Source: Strigamia acuminata
Taxonomy: Eukaryota
Direction of reading: 5' to 3'
Assembly: GCA_949358305.1 (NCBI GenBank)
Contig: OX442314.1
Coordinates: forward strand, 29,822,001-29,886,000
DNA length: 64,000 nt
The translations under genes and the position numbers were made by a program. The notes beneath the pieces are model-generated. The model saw only the letters and a list, made by a program, of their open reading frames with translations, made no database searches and was not told the origin of the DNA. The first letter of the stretch is position 1. The number at the start of each line of letters is the position of its first letter. Below, one piece after another: positions 59,211 through 64,000 of the stretch.

Positions 59211-59778
59211 CAGTCGAAACTCTTTATAACGAATCGCGATATAACGAATTATCGCTATAACGAATTGTTGAAAATAACTTGGTTGGCCAGCCATAGAACA
59301 CCATGTTAAATATTTTCGTTTTAACGAATTTCGATATAACGAATTATTCGTTATAACAAACAAGTTTTCAGGTACACTATAATACCCATAAGCTCTCGTT
59401 ATAACGAATTTTCAAAACTGATCACATCACTCAAAACATCCGATGCCCATATTTAGAAAACAATGGAAAATGAAAATGTCTGCCAAATGAAAGGCAATTT
59501 CGATTCACGACGAGCTGAACATTATTGATGCCATTGACAATGCCAAGAAGCCATCAATTGTAGCAGAGGAGTTTAATTTGTTCCGTTCTTCAATTTCAAC
59601 AATTTTAAGGAATCGGGATAAAATTAACATGAAACGTGCAAGAGTAATCAAGGTTTACAAAAAAAATAGTGCTTGGTGCTAAAATTTGATTTTTTCACCT
59701 AATTCGTTTTAACGAATTCTCGTTATAACGAATCGATTCGTCCGGTCCCTTGCGATTCGTTATAAAGAGTTTCGACTG
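59211..59778 (+). mobile_element. Internally deleted Tigger/pogo transposon retaining a decayed transposase N-terminal HTH; a truncated relative starts at 59784
   Basis: TA|CAGTCGAAACTCTTTATAACGAATCGC...GCGATTCGTTATAAAGAGTTTCGACTG|TA; 59476-59628 reads MSAK*KAISIHDELNIIDAIDNAKKPSIVAEEFNLFRSSISTILRNRDKIN (CENP-B/psq HTH pattern). Confidence 0.88.
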
Positions 59779-61339
59779 TAATACAGTCGAGCCTTGTTAT
59801 AACGAATCGCAAGGAACCTGAGAAATCGATTCGTTATAACGATAATTCGTTATATCGAAATTTTTTAACATGGTGCAGCCAACCAAACCAGCCATTTTTA
59901 GCTATTTGTTATATTGATAATTCGTTACACCGCGATTTTACAAAATGTATGATCATTTGCAAACCAATAGCACGCGAAAATGTTTTACAAAATGCATTAT
60001 TGTGAAACCAAACGGAGAGACAATAAAGTAATGTTAGAGTAATGCAGAGATGTAGGCTTGGTTATACTTGAGCTCACACTTAATAATTAGAGAGAAAATA
60101 TTTAATGATTATTCAGTTTAAATGTGTGTATTTAATCAGTGGATTTTGACATAATTTGTTTGAATAATTTTGAATTAATGGAAACGGGCTTATTTGGGCA
60201 AGTTCAACCAACAAGAAAACTCATTAAACATTTTTTTCTTTCATTAAGAGGAGAAAGAAATCTGACATGAAGCGTGGAATAATTTGAGACATTTCATTTG
60301 ACTTGGATATTATTTTTTTTATTTTTGATGATCCTAACTTACATTATGGAGGTTCATCAGAGAGGAAAATAATTAATATTCTCCTTGCTTCTCTTCATCG
60401 ACCTCTTTTCTCCGCTTCGGCTTCCTTCCGTTTAATTTATCGATGCGATTTTATTTTGAGGTTTTAGTTTAAGGCAAAGAACAAATTTTAATTATGTTTT
60501 GAATATTTCCACATAAATTCTTTTTTTCTTTTCATTGTTGGTTTTAAAAAATGAAAATAACAAAAAAGAAACAATAAACATTTTCCATTCTGTTTGCTGT
60601 TAGTGTGTTTTAATTAAAACCTAATTTGTACAAGTGCTGAGGCAAAAGCGGTATCATGTTTGAAATAGTATGTTTGCTTCTCTGCAATAATCTGTTTGGT
60701 TATGGGGTAGATTAATGGAAGCATGCAACATAAGGAACTGCACTTCACTCTCACTTTTAATTCTTTCAGTTTACTCTGGATTAAAAGGAAAGATCCACTT
60801 GTAGATTTAATTGAAGATATAAATAATACAAAAAGTGTTGTGTGTATTGTGCAAAGGAAAAGTTGTTCTCATTGCCAGATGTCAGTCAAAAACTTAAGCC
60901 ATTAATGGAGAATTGTTTATATAAAGTAGTGGATGTGGATTCTGAGACATGTTGTAACCCTACCACATTTCTGTATCTGTGACATCTGCAGCTGATGGGT
61001 TTCTCATCCACTTGTCACAGAAAATCTTGTATGATGCTGGTTCAGAAGGGTTATTGTGTGTCAAGCTATTTGTCAAGTAGAAAGTGCTCTTCTTTTGCAC
61101 CTGCATTCTTTTGTCTTGTAGTTTTATGACCTTTTTTCTACTCTGGTTACTGATTCTCTATTTTTTTTGAAATTTTCTTCTAAAATAGAATCATTTAGAA
61201 ACGCATAATGGAACTGTTTGTTCATTATTTCGTTGAGAATAAAGCAAAATTGTTTGTTTGTGTCTAACAGGAGTTTTTTGGTGGACTTTAGGTTTGTTTA
61301 TTGGACGTCGGCGAGGATTCTAACCACTATACTATCGAG

Positions 61340-61530
61340 GAAGTTAATTTTAAATATTTGACTAAACTTTGATATCGTGCAAGCTAATTATGAATATTTG
61401 ACTAAAATTTGATATAATATCGTGCAAGTTAATTTAAATATTTGACTAACATTTGATATACTATCGTGCAAGTTAATTTAAATATTTGACTAACATTTGA
61501 TATACTATCGTGCAAGTTAATTTAAAAATT
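61340..61530. repeat. ~43-bp tandem repeat, ~4 copies
   Basis: AAGTTAATTTAAATATTTGACTAACATTTGATATACTATCGTGC units. Confidence 0.85.
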
Positions 61531-63300
61531 TAACTTAAATTTACGTTTGTTAATTTCACATTTTATCAAATTTATTTACATATTACTTTACGGATTTTTG
61601 TATTAGAAAATATGATAGAATTAAGCCAGGTTGAATTGTTTGCTTATTCAATTCCATTATTCATCTTCTAGATGAAGTAATGATTTTATAGGTTCAGTGA
61701 ATCCCCATACATGTACTTTTCAATTAAATCTCAGGTGAGGCTTAAAATTAAAAAAAAATTAATTATAAAATTCAATTTATATTCAAGCCATTACTGTTTC
61801 ATTAACTGATCAAGTAACCTGTCAACACCATTGTATATTATTTCTCCATTAATTCTCATTTGCTTGAAATTTATACGTTTATTATTCATTATTTCAAGTT
61901 CTAACTTTTTTCTATTTAACGGTAACATTAATTGAATTAATTCTATTTACAGATGCACGTGGACAGATGAGGTGGTGTTACCTGTCTGATAATCCCAACT
62001 GGGCGAGGATCAAAGAAGATCCGTCGCATGCATTTGCGTAAGCTATTTGCTTTTTCAGTAATTGCTTGAAAGCATCAAATGAATTTATGAGGTTGTCGTA
62101 GAAGGCAGCCGATCTCGAGTTTTAAGTGCTAGAACTCATGAATAGGAGATAATATGTTGCATAGTTCAATTTTTGAAATATCAAATTCCAAGTCACAATT
62201 TCTTTTGTTTACACCAGGCCAATTCCTCAGGACTTTAGATAGGACAGTACAAGGCTACTAGAATACTATAAGGTTGCGCAACTTGGAGGAAAAAGCCAAC
62301 AATTTTGCGCATAGGTCTGCGCACAACGTCACTGGAGGGCCCTTGCTGTCACAGATTATAATCTGTGTTGCTGTATCACTGGCCATTCATGACGTCACAG
62401 ATTTTTAAATTAAATTTAATTCACGCGCATGAAATTAGTCTCAATTTTATTTTATTTTATGTTAACTTAAAATTTGAGTATTAACTCTCGGTATTAAATA
62501 TCCCTAACAATCTGATATCACATAAACCAGTACTTTTACATATGTCACTTGACCATCTGATGACGACACGCTTTTCGACCAATGACGTCCATAGATGTTG
62601 ATGCAAATATTGATTGGTTTTCGGAGTCCTTTAAAAAACAATGATGGGATGGAAGGCATTAATGACGTTATTTCTTTACGCCAATAACATTTGTGTGGGA
62701 ATGCAGAACCTGCGCTCCATCTGTTGGCAAAATATCCAACTAACGTTAGTTGCCATGATTAATAGTTGTTGTGACCTATGCTTCCACTGACCAGTAAGCT
62801 GGAAGATTTTTGAAGCAGGTTAAATCGAGTACCGTTGGTGGCGCATTGATCACAAAACTGGCACTCAGCCCACATGTGCTGCTAAATTTACTCACAAGCG
62901 GGCGATTAATTCAAAGTGAAGTGTTTTACTAGCTTCATAACAATGCACCTTTAGTATTTTTTATTTTTTTTTTATTTTTTTTTTATTTTGGTTGAGAAGC
63001 CACTTTCAAAGTGTTATGGAAATTCTCACACAATTTTGTGAACTGATTTGGTTTTAGCATTAAAGAAAGATGATTAGCATAAAAGCAGTTTGCAACAACA
63101 AACTTGTTAATGTAAAAGACTTGGCAACAAAAGAATGGAGAAGAAAAAAAAACTCAGAAAGCATCAGTGGCATTCTTTTGTAGCAGAGGAGGCTTTCAAA
63201 GTACAGTAACCACATGCCAAGAGATTTGTTGTGCTAGTTTAATGGAATATCTTGTGACGATGACGTACCGGCGCATGTAATTAACGTACTTATGGCCAAA

Positions 63301-63734
63301 ACTATACTCGAGTTGCACTCAAAAAGGCACTTTACAAGGTGTACTCCCATTGGTCGAGCCAGTTTACTGGTGTAGTGATCCGGAAAAGTAGACCCAAACA
63401 CCAGAATTGCATTACAATGTACAGACATTGCAATCGATTGCCTAGTCAACGGCCTAAAATTCAAACTTCCAGACGATGTAAGCAATAAACACAACAAACA
63501 TGAGTTTGACATTTTTTAATGTGCAAAACTTCATTTTAATGATGGAAATAACATTTTTTATTAAATACAATCAAAATAACATTAACTAAACTAGTCATAA
63601 CAATCACAACAATAAATAAAAATCAAAACTACTTTTCCTAGTAGTAGCATACAGTCTGGAGTTTGTAGTAAACTGGCTCGACCAATGGGAGTACACCTTG
63701 TAAAGTGCCTTTTTGAGTGCAACTCGAGTATAGT
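63301..63734. mobile_element. Young MITE with perfect 68-bp TIRs and an apparent 4-bp target duplication (CAAA)
   Basis: 63301-63368 is the exact reverse complement of 63667-63734; CAAA on both flanks. Confidence 0.88.
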
Positions 63735-64000
63735 CAAACTTTCTATGTTGCAGTAATTATTATTACCAATTTGCATAAATAAAATTCTATAAACATTAAG
63801 ATCGACATTTGTAAGGTGAATTGTTGTTGAATCTCCTGTGGATCTTTAATTTCAAATCAAAACTGGCTTGAGACCTTGGGGAATCTTGAAAGGGATTCTG
63901 TAATTACGCACAAGTAGTTGTAATGACCAAGGGAATATTCATTTACAGCGTGTGTTATGTTTATGGCACTTTTCATCTTTTATTTACTGTATTCTTATAA

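Overview
AT-rich eukaryotic (animal, probably arthropod-like invertebrate) genomic DNA. Positions 1-13586 hold a young, apparently intact Ty3/Gypsy LTR retrotransposon. Its 5' LTR is cut by the window start, the full 3' LTR is 1781 bp, and it has a tRNA-Gln primer-binding site (PBS) and a 778-aa gag joined to pol (PR-RT-RH-IN) by an A-AAA-AAC -1 frameshift signal. Its organisation resembles a complex retrovirus. A ~557-aa third ORF in the env position looks like a nuclear, basic/RS-rich, Cys-motif protein rather than an envelope. The LTR is dense with hairpins, has an inferred ~1.2-kb R region, and its AATAAA is buried in a stem. A CCAAT/TATA/Inr internal promoter lies just upstream of gag. 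The element is inserted into an orphan ORF that appears to belong to a second LTR element (13587-15851). The rest of the window is host DNA: minisatellites, many MITEs (hAT, Tc1/pogo, Mutator, Harbinger-like), a ~9-10 kb tandem duplication (21139-31288 / 31287-39874) and exon-like pieces that I could not join into a recognisable host gene. All calls were made by eye, with no database searches or folding programs.
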